Positions 52,504 through 64,000 of a DNA stretch of 64,000 nucleotides are shown here, in pieces. The first letter of the stretch is position 1, and every line of letters starts with the position of its first letter. A program made the translations under genes and the position numbers. Source of the stretch: the human T2T-CHM13v2.0 reference genome, Homo sapiens; NCBI RefSeq assembly GCF_009914755.1, contig NC_060927.1; one strand, written 5' to 3'. A model generated the notes under the pieces. It was given only the letters and a program-made list of their open reading frames with translations, made no database searches and had not been told where the DNA came from.

Positions 52504-55203
52504 GACACAACGTGCATACTGAAATATAGTGTGTGAACCAAATTTCCAAGGGGCCAGACTCCCAGGCAGGTCACATAAATATTCAAAAGGCCATAGCATT
52601 AAGAAGTGAGAGGAGGTTGTATTGGGGAGAAAAGCAAACATAAGAAATTTTCCAGAAGAGATGAATGAAAGAGGTCCAAATGCATGCTATTTATAGAATA
52701 ATGAGTATGGTAATAATGGAGCCCCCACTAATTACACTATCACTTATTAAATACTTGTTACGTTCCAGGCAATGCATTAGGCACTGGGTTGTAGAGATGA
52801 AAGTCAGAGTGACTTTCCTCAGGCTCTGACGTCTCTTGAGGAGTCTGACAAGAAAAAAGTACATTCAGGCAAATGATAAGAGATGAGACTGGAAAGCATG
52901 GCTGTGGTAGAAGTAATATATTGCCTGTAACTTCTAAAGAGGCCAGGGACTTTTAGAATAATTAACACAAGGTCTAATTACTTTGGATTAACTAGTAACC
53001 AAATGCATTCACAAATATTGATGTTATTCAAATTTGCTTCATCTTACTAAAAAAGATGCTGTATTTGTGTATTCTTCTGCCAAATAAATGAGAGGCATAT
53101 GTATATTTTTCCAGAATCATGACTTATTCAGTTTATGGACTAATTATTGGTTGAGAAGATAAGTAAATAACAAATTATCATATGAAAAATGTGAGACTGG
53201 GAGTAATTAATGCAATAAAATAGATTGCTCAATATGCGAACAACTTCATTGTAAATTCTAGGAAAAGGGCCTGATTTCAGAAGAAAGATAAAGTCATCAA
53301 AAGTCTTAAGGATTAAATTAAAAGATAATTTTAAACATTTACTGCTGTAGTATTTAAATTTAATGATTCTGGCAATGAGACTATTGAATATATGCTGTGT
53401 TATATGTTTAAGGGGATGGACTCAGGTAGTTAGGATGTGATTATTACTGTCCTACGCCCTCTAGTTAAATCCTGATAGAATTCTAGTTTTAACTGAAGAC
53501 CTCTATTTAATCATAGGCTGCATCAAGTTGCAGACACAATTCATGAATACTCATATATAATGGCATCATGCTACTAAAACACATTAGTTAAATACTCTCA
53601 CTCAAATGGTAGAGGAGAATCATCTTTCTAAGATATCTCTCCATGACTACAGTATGGGCACAGAGCAAGGACAATCCTGTCTCCTACATGGTCACCATTC
53701 CTTTATTTATTCATTCAGTAGAGATTTTCATGCACAGAGGCAGCTACTGTGATAGCACAAGTATTACAGAATTCAAAAGAGAAAGAGATGATTTCCAGCT
53801 CGGCAATCAGGGAAGTCTTTAAGAAGTAGGTGGCATTCAACTAAAGAATACACTCTTCGGTTCTGTGTGGCTTGATGAGTATACACCATTATAATCGCAG
53901 ACTTTGGCAGAACGGGAGGGTTGAAATAAGATAAAAGAAAGGAGAAGAGCAGTGGCAAAGGCAGAATGACTGGTAACATTAATTGAAGAATTCTTTATTT
54001 GTATTCACCAGTGTGGGCCTCTTTCCTATTTAGCCATCACTTGAATGCACGTTGTCATTAGCTTGCTTTACTCATCCTATGAATCAAGCCTTGGAGATGT
54101 TGAGAACCCAGTTTCTGTGTGTGGCAGAAAAGTAAAGAGATGAATAGAAGTAATGACATAGAATAGCATCCTCTTGCTTTTTCCACTATTAATTCTATTC
54201 TGCCAGCAGATATTTAGCAGCTTTTTTGTGTTAAGTCCTATGTGGATACAAATTTAAGAAATGACACATTTTCTTTCTCAAGGGGATCACAGGTCAATAG
54301 GAACACAGGGATCTGTCAAAGATCATGATAAATGTAATAAATAAGAGAACATAAATGTGGACATAGTAAAATGGTAGACCAGAAAAGGCAAAAGATAATT
54401 ATTGATGATGGTCAAGGAAGAATACTTCGCAAAAGTGGTATTTTTAGTCTCAAGACATTGAGCAAAGACATTTTTTTTGCTCTGGTCATCCCATAAAATG
54501 ACTCTCAATAATGAATAGAACAAGAAACAAAAAACTAAATTTCATTTTCAATGAAACATAGGAGAAAAAAGTCACACTAAAGTGCTTTCAAAGGAGGACA
54601 ACTGGAAGAAGCAAGTGAATTACTGTGCAGACTCCCCTAGAAGGCTCAGAAGCTGGGCATCTTAGGAGGCAGTGGTAGAAATGCTTAAACCTAAAATAGA
54701 GGGCTCATCTGAAAGTCTGTCACTTAGACCTTCTTTTTCTCTCAACCTACGGGAGGTTGGAAAATATTTGTAGGTAAATTGAGCTGCAGGAGCAGCACAA
54801 TTTCAGTTTTAAGACCAAAAAAATAGCAGAAAGCTGGGAGTTTATATGATCCTTCTGTGTATAAGGTGAAAGACACATAAATATAAATAAATGTAACATA
54901 TGCACATAGGCTCTTAAATACCCATGTTTAGAAATTCCCCAGTAAAAACCAGAGTTAGCCTTGATAACCTAAGAAGAAAGCCCACAAGTCAACAAGCCAC
55001 AATGATGAGCACAGATAAATGAATGTATTGCTAGGGTTATCACATTTGAGGAGTCCTCAGTAAAAGAAGGTAAGACCCCAACTAAGTAATTACTGGCATT
55101 ATGAAGAAAGATTAAGAACAGTTCCAAAACATCACCATTTTCTTCATAGAGATTTTAAAGCCTTTTTCAATCATAAAAGGGAAGCTTAAACAATAAACAA
55201 AAG

Positions 55204-55505
55204 GGCCGGGTACGGTGGCTCACGCCTGTAATCCCAGCACTTTGGGAGGCCAAGGCAAGCGGATCACAAGGTCAGGAATTTGAGACCAGCCTGGCCAATA
55301 TGGTGAAATCCCGTGTCTACTAAAAATCCAAAAAAAAATTAGCCGGGCATGAAGGTGCATGCCTGTAATCCCAACTACTCAGGAGGCTGAGGCAGGAGAA
55401 TTGCTTGAACCCGGGAGGCAGAGGTTACAGTGAGCTGAGATAGTGCCACTGCACTCCCACATGGGCAACAGGGTGATACTCTGTCTCAAAATAAATAAAT
55501 AAATA
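55204..55505 (+). mobile_element. AluS (Sg-like)
   Basis: ggatcacaaggtcaggaatttgagaccagcctggccaatatgg; TSD ending aaacaaaag. Confidence 0.92.
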
Positions 55506-56397
55506 AACAAACAAAAGAACACCAACAGAGAATAAGAAAGAATTTGAGGACGTTTCAGTTTTGATAGCCAGACTCACAACAAACAAAAAAGGCAACAAAA
55601 CAACACTTATTACAAGAATTGTAAGATAAAATTGAATAAATTATCCAGAAAGGAGACTGGAAATAAAAATAAGTTGATGATAGTAGCAGTAACGTCAGAA
55701 TGCTAAAGAATTTTTAATCCTAAATAAAATGATCCATATCTTGGAACCATAGTGATACAGAGGACACCTTAAGCAAATATGAGAGTAAAATAAAAATCCT
55801 TTTTGTATTCCAAAATTATGTAAAATTTATTCCCTGTAATCAGAAATCTGAAGACATGCTCCAAAAATCAGGAATACACAAAGGAAGCTAAAGACAAGGA
55901 GTGTAAAACAGGAGAGTCAACAAGGAGAAGGATTAAGGGAAGTCCATTAATAATAGCAGTTTAGCAGGCCTGGAGAAAAACAAATGTGTATTGTAGTAGT
56001 GTAGGAAAGGGCTTCAAAGAAATAACTCTAGCAAAATCGAAGGAATGAGTGGATTATCTGACAGGAACTATCATGAGGAAAATTGTATCAAGACGATTTT
56101 ATAGAGTACTTGAATAGCAAAAACAAACAAACAAACAAAACCTCTTCTGTAGATGCCAAAACAATAAAAGCAATGAAACTTACAAATAAATTATTAACTC
56201 TTAAATAAAAAAGCAAAAGTTATTTACAATGAAAATGTGATCATACTATTTGAATCTTCAGTGGACAACATTTGTATAGGCTTAAGCATGAAAGTACTGA
56301 ATATGGAATATGGATGGAAAGAAAACCTGATATAGAATTATATTGGAAAACTGAGTGGAGAATAGAGATACAAGAGGGTCGTATTGTTACCTGTTAA

Positions 56398-56760
<363 letters not shown>

Positions 56761-57149
56761 TGAATCAAAGTATCACCGTGTCATAGACATTATTTAGAGA
56801 TATGGAGGTAAATGCCAGGGAGAATAACTGGAAAATAGAGTGGATGCTTACAGGGAATGGCCTAGGGAAGAGATTTATATTGCCTTTGTTGTTCTCAGGT
56901 TTATTTGGCTTCTTAAACACACGTGTGCATTACTTTTATATAAATATAAATAATTGCTTAAAATTAGAAAAATGAATCTCTGACGAAGATTTGGAGTACC
57001 ATTTGGTGTTTACCAGGTGGACCAAGGACAGAAGAACATGGTAGCCAGAGAGGTAAGAAAGGTTAAAAACAAAAATCAGAAACAGTAAGTCCTGTTCAGG
57101 GAACTGCAGGTGGTTTGATATGGCTGAATAATTAGGAGGCAGAAAAGCA

Positions 57150-57300
57150 ATGTGTTATAGTGGTTATGGGTTCAGGCTCTGGACCCTATCTTTCTAGTTT
57201 TGTTTGATCGGTATGTGACTTACTGTGTGACCTTACTAAGTTCTTTAACATCTCTAAGCTTTTGTATCAATTTCTATATGTGAAAATTGGGAACTTTAAT
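57150..57300 (+). mobile_element. MIR 5' part (resumes ~57800-57850 after the LTR)
   Basis: agtggttatgggttcaggctctgga..tgtgtgaccttactaagttctttaacatctctaagct. Confidence 0.65.
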
Positions 57301-57301
57301 T

Positions 57302-57797
57302 TGTACTGCAGGAAATGAACCTACAACCTGTTAGTATGCATTTAAGTTCACCTGCAGATACTACTGGAGAGTTCCAAGCTTCTCTCCTTCAAGTTCCTGC
57401 ATTGCTCCCTGCATCTTTGAGGTTCCCCAGAACTTGCTAACCAATGCATAGGGCAAACCAGAAATGCTGACTGGAAGTAGCAACAAGTGATTTAATGTTC
57501 CCAGAGGTATTCCTGAACTGATGAAGTAAAAGAGTAGGTTGATAAATATACCAGGTTCTCCATCCCTTTATACAGCAATTCTAAAGTGTATATTATATAG
57601 AACCTCAGTGGGTCTACAGAGAAACTGAGCTTCAGTTCTTTGCAGTGTGATTCACACCATTCTGCACATTTTACTGAATTTTCTCCCTTCCCTGTCTCAC
57701 TTTCTCCACACTCTGATTTGTGCTTCTGGTAATCACTTCCCAAGTAAGCCCTTGCCTCAAGGCCCGCTGTTGAAGAAAGGCAATCTAAACAAATACC
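57302..57797 (+). mobile_element. ERVL solo LTR (LTR16 family) inserted in MIR
   Basis: gatttaatgttcccagagg..; ctcccttccctgtctcactt..tgtgcttctggtaatcacttcccaagtaa. Confidence 0.7.
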
Positions 57798-59054
57798 TAT
57801 GCCATGTTTTCAAGAGGATTAAATTATATGCTCCGTACTTAGTAAGGCTAAATATGTAACTCTGCTGCGGTGGTTGTTAAATGCCAGCATACGAGGAAAG
57901 TTCATTTATGCCTGTATTATCAGTTAAGTTATTATCCTAAAGGTGAAGAGAAGCCTTTCACAAAATGAGTTCAATCCACAGGACTCGGTGACTCACTGAA
58001 CACGTGTGGTGAGGAGCGGGGCTAGGGAAAGATAGTGCTCTGAATGACTCACAGCTTTCTAACCTGTATATGACCTGTACGGAATAGTAATGCTCACAAG
58101 CAAGAAGCATAATAGAACAATTACAGTTTTATTTCTAAACAAAGCCTAAAGTCCTGGTTTCATAAATGAAGAAAATAATGCTGTCTAGGTAAACAATTTG
58201 GCCAAGATTCACAATTCACTGATCCAAAGTCCTAAGTCCCCCAATAATGTCCTTTTTCTGTAAGTTTTTTCAACTATCATTCATCTTTATTATTCTTGTC
58301 TCTTGAGGTCATGATTGGTGCACAGGTGGTCAATATAGGTAACATAATTGCTGAAAGAATTAATAAAGATTTATTTCCTAAATCGATCCAATTCATGTTG
58401 TTTTCTTCTATTCAAGTACTGGTCACTTGGTCTTTCATATAGTCATGTCTCTCTAATTCATAATTTAATGGAAATTATTTTGGCAACTCCAGCAGACAGC
58501 TGAGAGATAAGCATAGCTTTTGTATTGTTAGTGTTTTCTGCCAGACTGAAGACCTTGGTGTTAATAAGATGGCTGCTTTCCAATACCTCTTAAAAAACAA
58601 ACAAACAAACAAAACAAAACAAAAAAACACCATTTTCCTCTCTCCTTTTTCTTTTATTTACAAATGTAATCTCTGATCCATGAATTCATAAGGTGAGAAC
58701 GGTGAGTGGCTAGCTTTTTATGGGACCATACATAAAGGGCTAAATTCAGTGATCCATCTCCCATCTTTCTAACTACTTAGGGAAGGAATTTGAAAAGAAG
58801 TCAATGTGGCAGATTTGAAGGAGAGGCTGTTGGAAAGTGTGCCACAGGCTTTTTTACATTCTGTCTTCGAGACAATTTGAGTCTGCATTTTTTAAGTGAA
58901 ACTATTAGTAACGTAGTGATTTCAGGTTTTTTTTTTTTAAGTTGGTAGATGTAGGTCATAATAGGACTATAATTTTATTTATTTATTGATGGTCTGATTT
59001 TAAGCCCTTAGAATATTAATGTCTAGGAACATTTGAGAAAGAATAACAGAAAAA

Positions 59055-59056
<2 letters not shown>

Positions 59057-59104
<48 letters not shown>
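59057..59104. repeat. (GT)24 microsatellite
   Basis: Read directly. Confidence 0.95.
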
Positions 59105-59106
<2 letters not shown>

Positions 59107-59469
59107 AGAATGTCTCTTTGGCCCAGATAAACTCTTCGAGCTTTGACATCTTAAAAACTCTATGATTACCATATTTTTATACATAGTCAGATACATATAG
59201 GTTCATAGTCCTGAGAACTGGTTAAACTGAGTTGTCTTATTGCCAGGGTCTGAGGAAATTTGAAAGAGAGCATCATAGAAGACAGTGTGTTGAACACTGT
59301 TAGGCTAGTAACAAAAGAATGAGAGCCACAAGACTAAAAGAGAATTCCACTTGTGCGTAAACAGAACTTCAGTTACTAGATAAGCATGGCTTTTTCCTCA
59401 TTTTTCTACCCTTTCCTTTATTCACTTTCCATCACCCCCCTTAGTTCCCTCCAAAATATGAAATTGTCA

Positions 59470-60630
59470 TTGACTTTATTAAGATATAACTCACATATAA
59501 CAAAATGCACACATTTTATGGGTCCAGTTAAATGAATTTGAAAAACGTGTATGCCCATATAAATCCCTGTTCCTCCCTATCAAAATACAGAATACTTATA
59601 TCACCCAAGAAAGTACTTTCACACTTTTTTGAAGTCAATCCTACCACATTTCTTGCCTACAATGACTGATCTGATTTTGATCACCACAAATTAGTGTTTT
59701 TCTGATTCTAGAACGTTATATAAATGGAAGCATGTAGTACGGTGCTTTATGTTGGACATTTAGTTCAGCACATTGTCAGTTTCATCCATGTATTTACACA
59801 AATCACTACCTTTTTCCTTTTTATTGCTGAGTAGTATTCCATATGCCACAATTTGTTTATCCATTCACCTATTGATGGATGTTTGGTTTTTTTCAAGTTT
59901 GGGCTTATTATGAATCAAATTCCTATTAACATTTAAGAGCAATTCTTTGGGTAGATACATGTTTTCATTTGTCTTACATTCTACTTTAGAGAGGAATTGA
60001 TGGGTTATATGTGATGTTTATCTTAGTAAATGTTTTTGAAAGTGGTTGTGTCATTTTACATTCCTGCCAGCAATATACGAAAGGTTTAGCTGTTCTACCT
60101 CGTCATCAATGTTTGGCATGGTCAGTCTTTTTAGTTTTAGCCATTATTCTGGGTATGAAGTGCTATATCTCATTGTAGCTTTAATTTGCATTTCCCTAAT
60201 GACTTATCTTTTTATGTACCTATTGACTCTACATATTTTACTTTGTAAAGTGTTTATGAAAATATTTTGCCTATTTGCTTCTTTTTAATATTATTGTTTT
60301 ATATATTTTAGACACAACCTTCTATCAGATATATGTATTTTGAATATTTTCTCTCAGCCTCTGAAGAGCAGGTAGTCTTAATTTTTATAAAGTCAAATTT
60401 ATCTATATTTTTATGGTTGGTCATTTTTGAGTCCTAAGAAATCTTTGCTTATCCCAAGGTCACAAATATTTTCTCCTATGTTTCCTTCCAGAATTGTATA
60501 GTTTTAGTTTTTATGTTTACTCTGTGATCTATTTAAAATTGATTTTTGTGGATAGTGTAGAGTTTCATACAGATATCTTGTTTTTCTGATGTCATTTTTT
60601 GGAAAGATCATATTCCTGGCTAAATTACTT
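59470..60630 (-). mobile_element. Old L1M (L1MB/ME-like) 3' region
   Basis: ctttattaagatataactcacata..aaaatgcacacatttt; ttattgctgagtagtattccat; ctcattgtagctttaatttgcatttccctaatgact. Confidence 0.8.
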
Positions 60631-61659
60631 TCTTTATTACAAACTTGGAAAAGCCTTTTTAAAGCCTCTTACCTTTTATCTAATGGTAGAGTACATAAAG
60701 TCTTCTAAAGTTTGTTTGGAGATTAGCATTATTCCTTTGAATATTTTCTACATTTCTGATTTTATTTAAAATACGAACATAGTAGATAGGACACATACTA
60801 CATAATGATCATTGTTTAATAATATAGAAAGTAAATTAATATAGCCAAGTCACTGAGTTGGGAAGAAAGTGTGTGCAGTTACTGGCCTCTTTATTTTCTA
60901 TGTAACTCCCTTTCCTTTTTCTGTGTCTTCATATGTATGTAAATATTTCTTGAGAGGTATGTAGTACTGAGCTACTCTATTGGAACACAGAGTTAAACAA
61001 ATTGACAGGATCATTATTGATAGGAGCTTCAGGGAAAACATTGTTAGAACTAATCATTACAAGTTTTTTGAAATTGAATCTCTTATTTATAAAAAAGCAC
61101 AGAAACATCAGTATTCCATAGCTCCTTTATAAGGTCTTTGTGTTATGAAGCTCATGTTGCAAGATGGATATTGAGTAGTTTGCCATATTAATTTTGATTT
61201 GTATTTATTTGTAAATATGATTTCATCACATTAAAACAAGAGCTACAATAACAGAACTTTAAGTAAGAGTTAAAAATATTCACCACCAATCTATTTCTCC
61301 TACCTTACTGATTTCACTTGCCTGTATTCTTTTGCTAATCTTTGTATATAGTCAGAATGTTTATATAAGGATAACCATACTACAGAAATGGTTTGCCTTT
61401 CTGATTTTTTTTGAAACATATAAGATTACAAATATTTTTCATGTTGCTACACAGCCTTCATATTTATCCATTTTAATGACTACGAAGTAGTCTAGTAAGT
61501 GATGGATAGTAAGACCATCATTTACCTATTTTATTACTATTGTTGAGTTTAGGTAGGCCACACATTTTTGCTTAGAGCTGACTCCAAACATGAGAAAACA
61601 CATGTGTATTGCCTTTTCCTTCTTTGTATAATTTATATTTAGAATATCAGCATAATTAA

Positions 61660-61860
61660 GTGCTTGAGAATAAAGAAGCTAGATTTTTGTATTGAAATCC
61701 CACTTTTGCCATTTTCCAGCTATTTCACTTTGGGCAGGTGTTCTGATCTCTCTAGACCTCAGTTTTCTTATTTGTAAAATAGGGATAATAACAGTGCCTG
61801 CCTCATATATTTTTCATGAAGATTAAATGAATTATTTTTTTGCAAATCAATTACAGCAGT
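61660..61860 (+). mobile_element. MIR SINE
   Basis: tttgggcaggtg..cctcagttttcttatttgtaaaatagggataataacagtgcctgcctcata. Confidence 0.8.
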
Positions 61861-62009
61861 AAAATGAATGTAAAAACTATATAAATGTCTTCTTAAAGTT
61901 CTGGTTAATGGAACTAGTATATTAATTTAATTTATATTGTCCCTGAATGTATGTGCATATCCAGATATACCACAGTATGACCCCAACCTTGCAGGAAATA
62001 TACATTTAC

Positions 62010-62191
62010 AAGAAAAAAGAAAGAGAGAGAGAGGAAAAGAGGAAGAGAGAAATAAATAAAGGAAAAAAAGGAAAGAAAGAAGGGAGGGCGAGAGAGAGGG
62101 AAGGAGGGAAGGAGGAAGGAAGGAAGGAAGGGAGGGAGGAATGAAGGAGGAAGGAAGGAAGGGAGGGAGGAATGAAGGAGGAAAGAAGGGG
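62010..62191. repeat. Polypurine GA-rich low-complexity tract
   Basis: 182 nt with only 5 pyrimidines; GGAA/GGGA units. Confidence 0.95.
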
Positions 62192-62211
62192 TTCTCAACC
62201 AGCGGTGATTT
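62190..62211 (+). mobile_element. MER20 left end (split from its body by an L1)
   Basis: ggttctcaaccagcggtgattt matches the MER20 5' terminus. Confidence 0.7.
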
Positions 62212-63867
62212 AAAAACACAGTTTATTGAAGTATAATTCCCATGACATAAAAGTAACCGTTGTAAAGTGGACAATTCGGTTGCATTTAATACAGGCACGA
62301 TGTTGCACAACCACCACTATCCTCTTGGAAAACATTTGCATCAATCCAAAGAAAGAAGCTCTTACCAATTAGTAAATTTCTCCCCATTTTCTCCCTTTCA
62401 CTTTCCAGGCCGCAACAACTACCAATCTGTCCTCTGCCTATGTAGATTTATCAGTTCTGGATATTTTGTATAAATGGATTCATGCAATATATGACCTTTG
62501 TGTCCAGCTTCTTTCACTTAGTATAATATTTTCAAGGTTTATCTACGTTTCGGCGTGTGTCAGAACCTCATTGCTCTTTATGGCTGAATAATATTCCATT
62601 TTATGTACATATCACAATTTGTTTGTTAGTTGAGCATTTGGGCTGTTTCCACCATTTGGCTATTTTGAATGTGCTACTATAAGCATGTGTGTACAGGTAC
62701 TTGTTTGAGTGCCAGTTTTCAGTTATTTAGGGTATATACCTGGGACTGAAATGATAGGGTTACAAGGTGGTTCTATGTGGAGTTTTTTGGAAACCACAAA
62801 ACGTTTCCAGTACCACACTGTTTTGATTATCATACATTCATATTTAGCTTTAAAACTGGGAAGTATAAGTCCTTCAAGTTTGTTCTTTTTCCAAGTTATT
62901 TTGGCTATTCAGGCCCTTGCAATTACATAGAAATTTGAAAATCAGCTTTTCCATAACCGTTTTCTAAAAAAGCCATTGGAATTTTAACAGGGATTGCCTT
63001 GAATCTGCAATCACATGAGTAGTTAACACTGACATCTTAACCACATTAAGCCTCCTAATCCATGAACATAAGATATCTTTCTATTTATTAGATCTTCTTT
63101 AATTAATGTCAGCAATATTTTCTAGTTCTCAGTGTACAAGTCTTTCACTTTCTCTGTTACATTTATTCATGGGTATTTTATCCTTCAGAATGCTATTATA
63201 CGTTGATGTTTTTTTCTTAATGTGCTTTTCAGATAATTGCTGGCATATAGGAACATAACTAATTTTTGTCCTTATTTTTTATTTGTTTTTTAATTTAGTT
63301 TATAAAACTAATTTTTATATTTTGATCTTCTACCTACAACTTTGCTGAATTTGTCCTTTAGTAGCTTTTTGGAAGACTGAGATTTTTATATGTAAGATTA
63401 TGCAATCTGCAAATGGACATGGTTTTGTTATTTATTTTCTTCCCAATTTAGATACCTTTTATTCAGTTTTCTTGCCTACTTGCTCTGGTTAGAACTTCCA
63501 GTACAGTGTTGAACAGCAATGGTGAAGGAGACTATTCAAGTCTTGTTCCCGATCAGAGTGGGACAGATGTCAGTCTTTTACCATTGAGTATGATGTTAGT
63601 TGCAGGTTTCCCTCCAATGTCCTTTATTTTGAGAAAGTTTCTTTGTAGTCCTAGTTTTCTGAATGTTTTTATCATGAAAGTGTTTTGGACTGTGTTAAAT
63701 GATTTTCTGTGCATTAATTGATATGATCATATGAGGTTTTCTCTCCCCTTCATTCTATTAAGATGGGGTATTCCTCTGATTGTTTCCTTATGTTGAACCA
63801 CCCCTACATTCCTGGGACAAATCCCGATTGGCCATAATGTATAATTCTTTTAATATTCTGTTGGACT
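62212..63867 (-). mobile_element. L1MB-like LINE-1, 5'-truncated, with internal deletion near 62800
   Basis: acagtttattgaagtataatt..; tttatggctgaataatattccatt; tagaacttccagtacagtgttgaa; TSD ag(c/a)ggtgattt. Confidence 0.88.
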
Positions 63868-64000
63868 AGAGGTGATTTTGGCTCCCAGTTTATATTAGCA
63901 ATGTCAAGATATTTTTGATTGTCATAACTGGAGGAGGGTGCTACTGGCATCTGGTGCATGAAGACAAGGATGCTCCTGGATGTTCTACAACAGAGAGGAA
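63868..64000 (+). mobile_element. MER20 body (runs off right edge)
   Basis: gcaatgtcaagatatttttgattgtcataactggaggagggtgctactggcatctgg..aggatgct. Confidence 0.85.

Noticed and set aside
61927-62310. P/S/F/L-rich and K/E/R/G-rich ORFs
   Set aside because: Translation of the GA-rich low-complexity tract

Overview
Primate (human or great-ape) AT-rich non-coding genomic DNA dominated by interspersed repeats; no host protein-coding exon can be supported. Contents: the 5' half of an L1PA7-like LINE-1 (minus strand, degenerate ORF1/ORF2, running off the left edge), other L1 fragments of several ages (including a short L1PA2-like insertion with a 19-bp TSD), eight full-length Alus plus one fragment, a full-length 7SL RNA retro-pseudogene, a two-LTR ERVL (LTR16/ERV3-16A3-like) provirus relic with readable pro/RT/RNaseH/IN motifs, MaLR/ERVL solo LTRs, DNA transposons (MER20, MER94, Tigger4, Charlie4), MIR/L2/HAL1 relics and microsatellites. 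The best candidate for host function is a repeat-free island at ~32.3-32.9 kb that looks like a non-CpG-island promoter and non-coding first exon (+ strand: GATAAAA box, TEAD/E-box/GATA motifs, tiny uORF, tandem splice donors). I cannot name the gene; if real, the right half of the window is its first intron. I found no new multi-gene system. The most unusual signals are adjacent AluY copies with shared non-consensus, GC-biased changes (likely gene conversion), a templated-insertion scar, a strong CTCF motif inside the ERVL pol, and nested insertions with readable TSDs. Repeat subfamily names come from remembered consensus sequences and need RepeatMasker/Dfam confirmation.
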